A stretch of 64,000 nucleotides of DNA from Chrysomallon squamiferum (lineage: Eukaryota > Animalia > Mollusca). The position numbers and the translations under genes were made by a program. Below are positions 42,898-56,593 of the stretch, in pieces; within the stretch, counting starts at the first letter, position 1; each line of letters starts with the position of its first letter. The DNA lies in the NCBI GenBank assembly GCA_012295275.1, contig CM022665.1:29388001-29452000 (forward strand), given 5' to 3'. The notes beneath the pieces are model-generated. The model was given only the letters and a program-made list of their open reading frames with translations, made no database searches and was not told the DNA's origin.

Positions 42898-45800
42898 ATG
42901 GCGACCAAAGCACTCTCTGTTGTTTGCGCGGCGGTTGGAGATGGTGGAGTTGGTAAAACATGTCTTATGCTCACTTTTCTTACAGGAAAATTTCCAGATC
43001 AGTATTTGCCTGGATCCATGGACTGGAATTCAGGTACGTATTTTTTTTCTTTAAAATAATTTGAACTTAAATCATATGCTTGTGTCTGTGCCTAATTGTC
43101 ATTGTGATATTTAACTGTTCTCTCTGTTGTCTTCCGATGACTCTCTCTCTCTGTATATATATATATGCCTGTGTGTCAGTTGATCCTATCATTCACCTAT
43201 CTTTTATCTGTTTTGTCTGAATAAAAAAAAAAAAAAAAAAAAAATTGTTTTTCCTATACTTTGTATATATATCATTTGTATTTTATTGTACAATGAGTGA
43301 CAGTGTGAATTTTATCACATTTTTTACAATCTGAAATATGTTTATACTAATCTGATTATGTGATTTTTAACCGAACAACAACGATGCGTCTAAAATATGT
43401 TTAGACTAGATTTGTACTGTTTAATTTATATCACAAGATAATGTTGTAATGAATCATTGTGCGCACTCTTAGTCATTTGCTAATTACTACAACGAGGTAA
43501 TCAGAATAAAACGTAATTGTTCCTCGTCATTGACATAACTATATCAGTGAGTATATGAGGCGAGTCAGATTTAATATAATAATTTGATATCCGGAATTTT
43601 TCGTATTCTAAGTCTTCACCACTGAACTAGTTTCTGTTGGAGAAATTGGACACAATTTACCATGGCTTGGAAAACAAAACAAAACAAAACAAAATAAAAT
43701 AAAATAAAATAAAATAAAATAAAATAAAATAAAATAAAATAAAATAAAATATATATAGATAAAACACAAATACAAAAGCATCCGACTTAGTAGATACATG
43801 AAGATGGTAATGTTTCTAAGATAATTCTACCTATTTCTGTATTGTTTTCAGGTTTTTTTTACTGTTTCTTCATTTTGAAATTTATAATGCTCCTCCATCT
43901 CACACAGCCACACACAAAACAGATTGATAGTTGGTTCCCTTTGTTCTGTAATATTGGAAATGCCAGTTTTCCGTTACCTCTTGAACTTCAGCGTTACTGA
44001 ACTGAACCATCTGGTAATGATTTAAAAAAAAAAAAAAAAAAAGAGTAAATATATCATTTATGTTTCACTAAATCGTATAAAATTTGTGTGCGTGTGTATT
44101 TCTCTTAAAGTTAGATAAAACACGTACATATATATATATGTACATGTGTGATGTATATATAAATATAAGTATGGTTGGTCTGTTTAAAAACATACTGCTA
44201 CACATGTACATGTGTGTGTTTATGTATGTGAGCGAAAAGGTTGCATCACTGTTTTATTTGTCACAAATACAAACGTGTGATTTCAAAAACGCTAAGCAGT
44301 GTCCATTTATGTCAATAAATTGTTGAACATAACACACATAACGAAAGGTTACAGAAGGGGAGTGACAAAATTAAATCGTCGTCAACAAATAGATGTAGTC
44401 GGCATGTGGGGAATGTCTTAATGACACATTTGTTAAACATCTGTGATATAATTGATATGTCTATTTATATAGCCTTGACTTGTTGATATAAGAGTAAATG
44501 TACTACGATGTATATTGTGGTAGAAAGCTATGCTACATCTTGTTCAATAGTTAATTTGTTTAAATTAATTTATCTTCTAATGAAATAGTAAACGATGCTG
44601 CATACATTGCCTGTAGTTTTCTGTCCGTGTGTATTTCTGTGTGTGCGTTCCTGTGTATGTGGACGCTACACGTTTCTTTCACCATTTCCCCCCCCTTAAA
44701 TTTTGTAATAATAATATTTACAAATGTTGTTTAATTATCTGAATTAAAAATGCAAATCCAAAACAGTAATTTTATAAATTAATAAAATATTTGAGTACAG
44801 GTACCGGACCAATTATCCGGACTCCTTGGGGCCTGAGGCATTCCGGATTTCTGGATTTTCCGATTTTCTGGTACCAAGGCATCTAAATACGTAAATAATT
44901 AGGCATAAACATTTTAAAATTAAAAACATAAAGAAAATTGACAATACAGAACTGTGGCGACTCGACACGTAAACAATGCGGCGAGTCAATGAACGTCACG
45001 CGGCTTGAAAGAGTAGTTCCGGTCTGGTGAGGACAACAACTATGAAAATAGCGTCGGGAAAAAACTTCCGGTTTTCTGGTATATCCGGATTTCAGGACGC
45101 CGGATAATTGGTCCGGTACCTGTATAGTGCATAAGCAATCAGGATGTACTAAACTTAATTTTATAATACTTTTAGAATACTCACACGTCACAGAGAAACC
45201 AGTAAAACTTGAATATGAAGGTCAGGAAGTTTCTCTGAAACTGGTTGACACAGTTGGCTTAGTAAGTAGAAAATAAATTACAGTAGTAATAATGTTAGGA
45301 AAATAATTAACAGTATTCAAGAATTGAGAGTATATATGCACATGCAAATGTGCATATTAACTAAATATATGTATACATTTTTGCAGAACTATATTCAGTA
45401 CCATATTTTTCATGTTCGAGATCATGTTTTCCAGAATACATTTCTTGAATCACTATTTAGTGTCATGCCCTTATAATAAGACAAAATGGCTGCACTAACG
45501 TTAGGCTAAATTATAGACCTGCATGTTTATGAATAAACAGTTACAGAAAATACAGTCACACACAACACGCAGCAGACACAGAAAACACACATTGACAACC
45601 TAATATAATATGGATAGTTTAATTTGTTTTTGTTAACCATTGCAGGATGAGTACCAACGTTTACGTTGTATGGTATGTGCGAAAGCTGATGTTTTTCTGC
45701 TTTGTTACGACGTTACAATGCCATCAACAATGGAGAGGATAGAACATCACTGGCTTCCAGAAATTAAAGAGTACTCTGAAACTGCGCCCTATGTTATAGT

Positions 45801-46032
45801 AGGCATGAAAACAGACGAAAGGACTCAAGTAAACAAAGACAGTGGTCCAAGATATAAAGTTATTTCTACAGAGGAAGGTATGAGAATGGCACAGCGGCTT
45901 GGTGCATTTGGTTATGTGGAATGTTCAGCGAAAAAGGGCCGTGGAATTCGCAGAGTTTTTGAAAGTGCTGCCTTGGCTTATTTGGACAGATATTTACCAA
46001 ATGCCAGGAAAAAGAGTTGTGTGGTTTCCTAA
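42898..46032 (+). CDS. Atypical Rho/Rac-family small GTPase B, 3 exons, 202 aa
   Basis: Exons 42898-43033, 45176-45261 and 45646-46032. G1 GDGGVGKT, G3 DTVGL, G4 GMKTD, G5 ECSAK, and RKKS followed by CAAX CVVS. Intron positions and phases match GTPase A. Confidence 0.92.
43671..43750. repeat. (AAAAC)n(AAAAT)n pentanucleotide repeat
   Basis: Directly visible. Confidence 0.9.
44798..45122. mobile_element. 325-bp MITE, Tc1/mariner (Tigger-like), in GTPase B intron 1
   Basis: Perfect 23-bp TIRs CAGGTACCGGACCAATTATCCGG / CCGGATAATTGGTCCGGTACCTG, with a TA target-site duplication on both sides. Confidence 0.93.
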
Positions 46033-46533
46033 CTGGTTTTAGTAAAATATTTATAATATTTTGCTAAGGATTTTGTGTCCTGTTATTAACATATCACTGC
46101 TTAATTATGTTACTCATGTTCTAAAAGTAGTCTGTGGAATCAGAACGACAAAATATGTGAGTGATATAGTGTAAACATTTAATGTATAATACATAACAAT
46201 TAAAAAAGTTATAAAATGTTGTTATTTGTTATATTTATAACCTGGGGAGTGTTATGCTGAGATTAGTTAAAAAACAAATAATTTGTCTTAACTGAAGTGG
46301 TGAAATTTAATTGATGGTATTTTGTTTAGTTTTTTTTTCTTCTTCTTTTTCTTTCTTGATATGGTTTTGTGCCCTTCGTCTTAGCCTACTAATATTAGTC
46401 GGTAAAAAAATAATAATAATAATAAAAAAAAAAAAAAAAAAAAAGAAAAAAAAAAGAGATAAAAATCAGATTAAAAAAACAACAAAAACACCACCCCAGT
46501 TTATGTAAGTCAAAAATTAAAAAATAATAATAA

Positions 46534-46539
<6 letters not shown>

Positions 46540-46579
<40 letters not shown>
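46540..46579. repeat. (GA)n microsatellite
   Basis: Directly visible. Confidence 0.95.
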
Positions 46580-46581
<2 letters not shown>

Positions 46582-47689
46582 ATAAAAAAAGTATTTAAAA
46601 AAAGTTTCTTATTCAAGGTAATGCGTAACGCAGGCGAACTGACGTGTAATAATGCAGAACAATATACAAGGGCTTACCAGTAATGCAGGAATAATAATAA
46701 AAAATAATAATAATAATAAAAAAATAATAATAATAATAATAAAAACAATAATAATCAAAATAAAATAAATAAAATAACAACAGATTGTCAAACTAGTCAC
46801 GCGAACTATATACTAATCAAAACAAAGAGGGATGAATACATTTCTCATTTTAAGTTGTTTGAACAACACAAATATTAATATTTAAAACTAAAATAAAAAG
46901 GAGAAAAAGGAAAAAAAAAAAAAAAAGAAAGAAAAGGTAATGATGGTATGAAATTACACTGCAGCAACTGCATGGGCTCTGTTATCGATTGGCAACAAAA
47001 ATCATTAATATGAACATTCTCGGCATGGTATAGGAACTAAATAAATGTCATTATAGTGGTCATGTCAAATTTAGGCTTATTGAAATAACTGACTAGAATA
47101 ATCAGTCTTTATTTGTAAAATATATAATAGCTGAAATGTTTATAGTTCATTTTACTTTAAAATGTAGTCCCGTCCTAATTATTCAGTTAAATTAGTTCTT
47201 ATCAGTTAAATGTAAACCCGCAAGCATTAATTATAAGACTTGTAAGCAGAGCACCTTCACCAGACTGATTCAGTCATTTATTAGTCTGTCTACCGAAGAT
47301 CAGAAGTTTGGAAAGTCTGTCAAAAGCAATGCTTATGTTAGAGGAATCAGTTAAAAATGAGGAAAGGATGAGGTGCTCTTACATTGCTCAAAATAAATGT
47401 AGCATATAAAGGACATGAAATCAAACTGTACCAATAAAGTTTATTTAGAGTCTGTTTATGTAAATTCCATATTAATTACATGTAACTGATAAATAAATTC
47501 ATTATAATTTTACGATAATAATGGTGTTTATGATGACATACAATGTTAGTATTTTTTATATCATGACATTCACGTAGGCTTATGATGTGTGTTATAATCA
47601 TTAAAAAGTATTGCTGGATTAGTAATTTAATTTTGATTATAATTTTGTTCTTATACTAATTCCCTTCCCCAAATTCGGCCTTAAATTTC

Positions 47690-47885
47690 ATATTTACGGT
47701 TGCAGTTTCCGCACAGTCTTTCACTAGTAATGCGCCCCTGACAAACTAAATAAATTTTTGTTGTCCTCTATACATACGAGGAAGACAAATGGAGCATGCG
47801 CATTTGATAATCGGAAGTTGTCAACATTCTGTCAAGACGTGGAACTTAAGTTTTATGGTTTACAGTTGACAGGAGAGGGTAAGCA
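47690..47885 (+). promoter_or_regulatory. Putative promoter and non-coding first exon of the TJAP1-like gene
   Basis: CpG-richer patch with an NRF1-like GCATGCGCA (~47794) and an ETS-like CGGAAGT (~47812), followed by a strong donor AGG|gtaagc at ~47878. The next acceptor is at 52038, before the ATG. Confidence 0.45.
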
Positions 47886-50800
47886 TAACAGCAAATAACA
47901 GTGATCGCAACAATAATAATAATGATAACTATTTCTAACGATGTAAAAATAATAATAAGTAGCGATAAAAATATAATTAAAAAATCACTTATTCATGTGG
48001 CTCATGGATACGAAATAATAGTTAGTTGTACACGTAACCTCAACTCTAATTTTTAGATTACAGTTCACACGATCTAGTCTCATAGTGTGAGTGTTAAAGA
48101 GAAAAATTAAAGATCACGAAAGATAAAACTAACTAACGTAATATTAGTTGGAATTAATTATCAGTACAATTAGGTGATATCATTAGATATACTACTAGAA
48201 TTTGATATTTCGGTTGCTACTGTAACTCTGTTATTTTTGTTGTTGTTGTTGTTGTTTTTAAATGTCATTTTTACGTTACGTTGCATACATAATTAATTTT
48301 GTATTCAGGTCCTATCATTATTACCGTTAAGTGTGTGCCTCTTTGTGGATGTTTATATGAATGGATGAATGAGTTTGTGAAGGTGTATGCCTGTGTGTGT
48401 GAGCGTGTGTATGTTGCATGTGCATGTACATGCAGGTCACAGTCAAAATTTTAATTTAGACATATCTATAATCTAATGTTATAATACTTTCTATTTCTGT
48501 ATACACTACAGTTGTGTTTTAAAACTTAAACTGTTCAAATATAAAGATACTTCAACTAACTTATTATTATTATTATTGTTATTATTATTATTATTATTAA
48601 TTTGTATTTTATTTTATTTATTTATTTATTTATTTATTTTTTTTTCTCATTTGCTATGTATTGTTTAATAGACAGTGGTCATTTTTACTGAGAGATGAAA
48701 TAATAAATGTAGTATGGTTTGGATAGAACATCACTTTTACAGTTGAGAAATTTTATTTGTCATCCACTTACTCACCAAACAACATCTGTTTATTACTTTA
48801 GTATTATAAAAAAAAAAATAATAAAAAAGTAAAAAAAAAAAACTTATTTCAAGTTAAATGCAGCTATGTTATAAAATTAAATGAAAAAATATAGCAACAT
48901 TAATAAAGTGTTATTTTTGTATTTATAATCTATCAACAATGCTATCTAAGTATATTTTAATTTTTTATTGATTTAGTTTTAAATTTTAAATTTTTAATAA
49001 TAAGAATATCCATTTTTTTTTTTTTTTTTTTTGTATGTGTATATGTGTGGTATGTAACATCTCTGGATTTGAAACATAATTCAGTTATTGGTTAAACCTA
49101 AGGTTTGCTATCAAGAATAGTAAAAATTAATTAAGTGGTGATAAATATCAAGAGATTGATGTATACATCTACAGTATTGCTTTTATCTTGATACAGTGGA
49201 ATATTAATGTTCCATAATGGTAACAGACGTAAAAGAGAAAGAGGTATAAATGTTATATCAGTGAAGAGTTGTCAGGCAAAACAAATAAGTTTTATTAATG
49301 TAGCATGTGAAGTTATCTCTCACTATTAAAATTTCATGCAGAAACACTTAGATAACACATGATTTGGTAATTTTACAGTTTTAAATAGTATCCAGGGCTT
49401 TCAAATTGTTTTTGAATGTCATTCATAAATACCTAAGTAGTAAAACTAATAAGATGTGGAGCTGATGGTGCAGTGCTCCTGAGTTTAAGTGCCTTTAAAT
49501 GCAGCTGGCAGAAGGGATTTGGGGAAAATCTCTCCAAAAGAATCTGTTTTTAATTGCTAGTATTAGCATAATTAGGTATTTAACATTCAGATTGACACAC
49601 AGTTACTGTTATCTTAAATATTTATTTTTACAGACTCTTCTAGCAACCATGGGTTTCACATATATAATTATAATAGGATGAAGTAATTGCTATGATAAGG
49701 CCACAAACATTTGCTAAACAAATTTTTATTTTTACCTTCCTCCAAAACAAAGCAGAAAATCAGTATCACTCCAGTATTGGTATTTTCAGTTGGTTTTATT
49801 TTTCTCACAGAACATGGTGTAAGTCCTATTCAATAAAATTATTCTTTTTATAACTGGTACAGAAGTTTCATTGAATGTAAATATTTATTAAAAAATCAAT
49901 CAATTTCCTTTTTTGACATCTGATGACATATGTTTTTATAGTTTGTTATATACATTCCATTTCCCAGATATACAGTTAAATCATATTGAAATTTAATGCT
50001 GAGTAGATCCTTATTTCAATTATTATTTGTTACCAATTTTTCTATAAATAAATATTTTGATTTAAATTTGTGAGTATATGTCTATGTAAATTTCTATTTA
50101 TTGTTACATAATGATATATAATTAAGATCATATAGTTCATACTAATAGTAGTAATGTGATAATATTCACATAACACTTCAGATATAATGTGCACATCATA
50201 GTAATACTATAGACAGATTTTTGAATACTTGCTTTCAGCATAGTTTGGGTCATTGATTTATTGCCCATCTACTTCTGCCTATTAATCATTTATGACACAA
50301 TATTTTATAAATATATGTACATCATTTATGCTCAGGGCTTAGTTATAGCAGCCATGTATAAAAGTAGTTTAGAAGGCAGCAATACAAATATATACATTGT
50401 TTTTTAACATCACAGTAACAAACTAAAACAGCAGAGAGTAAGTAAATGAATATTTATTAAATAACACCCTATCACTCTTTATTATGCAGTCAGTAGGAGT
50501 CAGGTGTGGTTGTCTAACAGCAGTAACTAATATGAGAGAAAACTTGCAGCTATCTGTATTGATTAACACCTCAGGATACCTTTTATAATTATTTTTTCAC
50601 AGAAAGGACAACATACTGTTTGTGGTCTTTTATAAATCAGCACATGAACCAGAAGACTGTTTTTTCTTCTTCTTTTTTTAAATATTAAAATATTTTCTTC
50701 TTACTTCATTCTCCTGTATTAAAGACAACTGTTTATCATTGGTTCTGTCCAGTACTGTCTTAGAGGAAGGTGTTTATTTTAGCTTTTTCTTTCTTCTTTT

Positions 50801-52144
50801 TCTTTATTTTTCTTTATTTCTTTATTTCTTTATTTACTCTATTGATCCAACATAAGTGATCTAAAATGCAATAGCAAATGTATTATATAGTTATTGTATT
50901 TTTCTGTTCTTTTTCTTCTGTTTACTGTATTATGTTACGTTTTATATAAATAAGATAGCAATACTTTTGTTCTAGGAAAATTGTTGGTCACTGAAGCAGT
51001 GTAAAGCAGTTAGATAACAAATTACAATAGCCTATTCATAGTAAGATAACAAATTACAATAGCTTATTGAACAGAAAAAACCCCACTGCAGTTACAACTT
51101 AAAACACTATTCACTGATGTTAAGTCTTGATACTTACATATTGTTAATTAATGTGAACTTACATTACTGTAATCTTGATGAGACAATGAAAATGCAATTT
51201 TTTTTTTTTTTTCCAACTGATTGACCAATTTAGTAAGTGACAAAAGAAATTTTATTTCTAATATAATTGGTACCTGCTCTTTAAGTGCATTGTGTTGAAG
51301 TACAGAAAATGAAGTATATTAAAACATCATTATTGTTAGACATGGGATTGATTACTAAGTTATATTTATCGTATAACAATTATAATAGCAGAATTTCATT
51401 ATTCACCTTTTTGAGGTATCTGTAAAATAAATGCCTATATGCTATCTTTAAGTTACATTATTGCAGTATTTCAGAAAGAACAAATATTTTCATATAAATA
51501 AATAATAAAATATATTTTATGAAAAATAGATATACATGGTATGTAAGTAATTAATTTATAACTGCTGTTAAAAAACAGGTTTTTTCCTTGTACTGACAGA
51601 AATCTTCTAAACATATTCATTGTTGTTTGGTTACAACAATAAAATGGTATTAATTTCTAGTTATTTGTCATTACTAGAATGGAAAAAGAAATAGATAAAT
51701 AAAATAAAAATAATAAAAATATTTTGAAAAGTGGAGAAAAAGAGAAATGTTGTTTGTTTTTTTTACTTGAGGGGAAAAGTAGAAGTATTGAATGTTTTTG
51801 TAAATATGCTACAACTTTAAAAAATTATTTAAAGCATTATATTTTTCTATGGAATTAATTGTATAGAACTGCTAGTTTGACAAAATGATTTTTGTGAATA
51901 ATATTGATTGTTCAAAAACATATCCCTATATAACTTTAGTTATTAGTGATGTAATATTAACAACAACAATAATATATATATTATACATACATCATTAATT
52001 CAGATCACCTTCTAAATTTAATCTGTTTATTTTTCAGGATGAAATGAATGTTATAAATGTTAAAGCATTTAATACAGAATACTGTAATTTCTTGAAATGA
52101 AGCTAGGTCTCAGTCGGAGTAATTCTGAAATTGTGATTCCAACA

Positions 52145-55100
52145 ATGGCAAATGTGTGTAAGGTATGTTTGTTGTTTTTTTTCTCAGATACTGTATATAC
52201 TTGTGTATAAGTCGAATTTTTGGGAGACTATACTAAGGTAATATTTTGGGGGTCGACTTATACATAGGTAATGCTTTTGTAGCTGTTGCTGAAGAGTCGC
52301 CATTTTGACTGATTTTTGCTACGGGATGCATCTAAAATAATCGCGGTCTTTCAGCTTTTCAAAAATATAATTTTATCGTATAAAAAATTTTGAAAAATTA
52401 AATAACAAAACCAAATATGAATGTAAAACATGATATTCTTCTGTTTAATGACATAAAAATACATTTTAAAGTGAGAAAACCATCAGTACAGCATTATGCC
52501 TTACGGCGTCTTGCAATGATCTGGGAATGCAGACTTCTCTGCCAAATTGCACTAAATATCGGTCCTAATTTCATAAACAAAACTCACTTGTTTAATTGTA
52601 AAGAATTTGGTGAAATAATATTGCAATCGTCATTAATATCCACTACCGACAAATTTTGTAAATCACAGAACGGCTATCTATAACGGTAAGTTAGGTCTCC
52701 ATGTTAGACTTATTACATTAAAGAGATACTATTTATGATACATTTAGGCTATAGCTCGTGTAATACATGCATTTACGTTATTATGGTATGTTCGTGCAAG
52801 TTGCAGCTCGTGCAAGTTATGTTACAGTAGGTGTACAATGTAGGCCTTCATGGCACTGTCACACTGGTCTAAAAATAGTGACGGTGCCTGGAATCTACAG
52901 TTGACTTATACACAAGTAATACCTAAAATGACGCAATTTTTGGTCTTAAAATACACATCGACTTATACATAAGGTCGCCTTGTACACAAGTATATACGGT
53001 ATTTCTGTATTTTTCTGGTTATTTTTTTTTCCTGCATAACAAACCCATAAGGTCTAGTTTTAGTATATTTTCAGAACAAGTGTTTTAGCACAGCTCCTAT
53101 TTAGCTTTAAAAATACAAAGAATAAAGAAACTTAAAAATAAACTATTTCTGTCTTGAGTCAGTTATTCTGTTGGCACAGAACACAGCATAGCATTTAACT
53201 GTGAAGTATTGGTGCAGAAAGTGATTATTAAATAATTAAGATTTTATGATAAAACTTGCCTGCATTACATTACAAAGAGTTAGGACTACAGATCAGTATA
53301 AGCAAGTCAGTGAATGACATTTTATGATGAATAAACTGTTATAAACACATACTGTTTTCTTTTTCCTTTTTTGAATTACCAGAAGTGTGGCTGTACCTGT
53401 GAGAACTGTTTTGCAAATTCAACCAGGTAAATACATTTCTAGAAATGAAATTTTAAACAGAACAGAAAAAATGAAATTGATTGTCAACATTTGTTTCACT
53501 AAGCATTTCAACATAATTATTTGCTATGTAAGAAGTATTTGATATTTAATAAAAGTATGTTTTAAATAGTGTATCTATGATGTTTAATGCTACATTACTC
53601 TTGATATATGTATTGCAACATGAATTTTATACATTTAAAACTTTGCTTTTTAAAATGTTATTATCACATATACATTTGAATTATGATCATTTATGTGGGA
53701 TATTGTCTTTTTGTTTTAATTATAGTCTTTATAAAGAGCTATGAAACAGAAAAAAAAAGAAAAAAAACCCACTAAAAATAATGATAATAAGTTTGAGCTC
53801 ACTGTGTGTTTAATTGATGGTTTTATTTTATGTTAAACACCAGTGAGTGTTGTTTTATGATAACAAAAATTCTATTTCTCATGACAAACTACAAGCTTTG
53901 AGTTAATCAAAATGTGTTAAATATTTGTCCCTTTCTATTTCTATAGTTTATTCACATAACAACAAATTGAAGGTGACAAATCATATAACAACATCACATA
54001 TTATGAAAACCCATTAATGTCCTATATCTCTGACATGTTTGAGCAGTAAAAGCTGTTTTTGCACAGAATTTTATCGCTAATTTATTTTTCATTTATTAAA
54101 TTCAGTCATAACAAACTGTTGTGTTGGAACTGTAATATTTTTCTGTGTGTTTTTTACATGAACAAAATAAAGTAGAACAGTATAATGTAACAAAACAGAC
54201 ATACATAGTTGACATGTTACATTTAATGAATTATGTGTGTGTGTGTCTCTATATATTTTTATAAAATTTGAATTCATAAAACATAACTTTTTTTTTTTTT
54301 ACCCAAGTAATTATATATATTAGCTGATATAATTAAAAGAAAATTAGTCTTCTTTGGAGGAAAAGTTATTTCCCCAAAAAATATATTCATAACTATTTAA
54401 AAAGTTTAAATGTAATATGGTGATAATCTTTTTATTACTTCTACAGTTTAGATCTTCACCAAGAAATAGAAGAATTACAATTCCAGTTGATGCGCAGTAA
54501 AAACCACATCTCCCAACTGGAACATGAACTGGCAGACAATAAACAGCAGTCTGAATATGAATTAATTAAATTTAGAGAAGAGTTTGCTAGACTGCGAGAT
54601 AGATATGAAAGGTTGGCAGAAACAGATACTTTTCTTAACAACATGTAAAAATAAACACTTATTCCAGTGGCTAGATTCATTGCTTCAGTGAAAGTTTCAT
54701 TTTATTAATAAAATTCAGAAAATTGCCCAAAAAATGTTTAATCTATCGATAGATATTTCTGTCATAACCATTTTGAAATGGTTTAAAATTATTTAAATTG
54801 TGACATAATCAATTAGGAAAATATATATAAATGAAAAACTGTAGGTCTGCATAAAGATATTTCATGTGTATATTATATAGCCAAATTGTTGTTGTATTTG
54901 GTTTTATGTTTAATTTCATATCTGTGGAAACTAGAAAAATATTTAAATTTCTTACTTTACTTCTAGATTGCTGGATAGCCATAAGAGAATGCAGAAAGTA
55001 AACCATGATTTGGAAGATAAACTGCTAAAAATTGTAAGTCTGCAGTATTGAAAGCATGCATGAAGTTTGTTTGTATTTCTTTTGCTTTATGAAAATTGTG

Positions 55101-56120
55101 AAGTTCAAGCAAACATATTATGCCTAATGTCATTTAACTGCCACTGAAATGAGAAATTAAAAACCCATGAAAAAAGAATATATAATCTAATAAAACATTT
55201 TCTATTAATTTTAATGATGTCTCTGTCATAAGGTACATAAAAAAAGCATTTCTCCCTGTTCTCTCTCATTCTCACTTCTAAACCATTACAAACCCATTCT
55301 ATCTCTTCTCATACACAAATACATAAAAGATATTATTTCAGGTAAATAAATTTGAAAGTGAAAAGATTTCACTGCAGCGGGAATTGGCATCCATTACATC
55401 CAGACTGATAGAATCTAAAGTGATGGTCTGTGAACTTGAAGAAGAAAATGTAAGAAGTTTATTTCATATCTGTAGTGTTGAGCCAAATTTATGAAATTTG
55501 TGTGTGTGTATATAATAATTTTGTCCATAAAGAATGTTTTCTTTTGTACAATACATTTTTGATCTGAAAATTATATAAAGTCTTAAACAAATAATTGCTA
55601 CAGTAATATATAGTTGCTGATGTTATCCATCATAAAAACAATATACCTTAAAATAATCTTTAGTAATATATATAATAATAAACCTCATAAAATAATTTTA
55701 AAAAAGTAATGGATTCTTGATTCAGTTCCAAAACTAGATGACTGAACATTTAGAAACCTATTGTTTAATCATTTTCTAAAAGTTATTTGTTTATGGGAAA
55801 TTTGGTAGGAATCTATTCTAATAATTTCAGGATCGATGCCGCAGAGATTGTAATTTGGCTGTACAGCTTCTACACTGTAAACCTTCCAATTTTGTGGCTC
55901 ATAAGCTGAATTCGGTGACTATTAATTTTATCTGGTTATTTTTAAAATATTGATTTAACACAAACTGAAAATGTTGAAGTGAATAACATTAAATGATATT
56001 ATTAATGCCAATATTTTTTGTATTTTAATTATTATATAATTTATATTTTTGCTAAAGAGATTATTATTTTCAAAATATTCCTGTTTTTAAATCCATTATA
56101 AGATAATAAAACCTCAGAAT

Positions 56121-56152
<32 letters not shown>

Positions 56153-56593
56153 CAGCTTCCACTGGATCTGCAAGACCGGGTCAAAGATCACATGACAAGA
56201 GAACAAATAAGAAATCTGGAAAACAGTCGAACAAATGAAACAAAATTAATACGTGTTCCCATAGCTACATTCCCCCCAACAGCTATGTTTTATTCAGTGA
56301 ATTTAACACTGAATGAATCAAATGCTGAAAATGGCATGCAGAATGTTTCACCATCAGACACTGTACCTATGTCTATAATAACAAAGGTTTTGACTCAGCC
56401 TACTGCAAAACAGAAGTCACGATGGACTCATATTTGCATAAAGTGTGCTGCAGATACTATGATGGCAGATAAAGAAGTGCAAGTCAATTTGTGTAACAAC
56501 ACTGACACATCCTGCCTTCCATCAAGAGTTCACCGAGTGAATGGTAAGAACACTGGAAGAGTAAGACAGAATTCTACAGAAACTGAGATATAG
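52145..56593 (+). CDS. TJAP1: TJAP1 (Pilt)/BEGAIN-family coiled-coil protein, 7 coding exons, ~307 aa
   Basis: Exons 52145-52162, 53383-53426, 54447-54611, 54967-55033, 55342-55449, 55831-55914 and 56156-56593 join in phase (924 nt). Family motifs are RMQKVNHDLEDKLL and DRCRRDCNLAVQLLHCKPSNF..LPLDLQDRV. It is probably co-orthologous to vertebrate TJAP1 and BEGAIN. Confidence 0.85.
52191..52999. mobile_element. Non-autonomous Tc2/pogo-like element, copy 2 (inverted relative to copy 1), in a TJAP1 intron
   Basis: TA|CTGTATATACTTGTGTATAAGTCGA ... TCGCCTTGTACACAAGTATATACGG|TA. It is the reverse complement of 3846-4665 apart from the centre. Confidence 0.92.

Noticed and set aside
52417-52683. 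88-aa ORF within the repeated element (also 44883-45191)
   Set aside because: It lies inside non-autonomous MITE sequence and has no transposase motifs.
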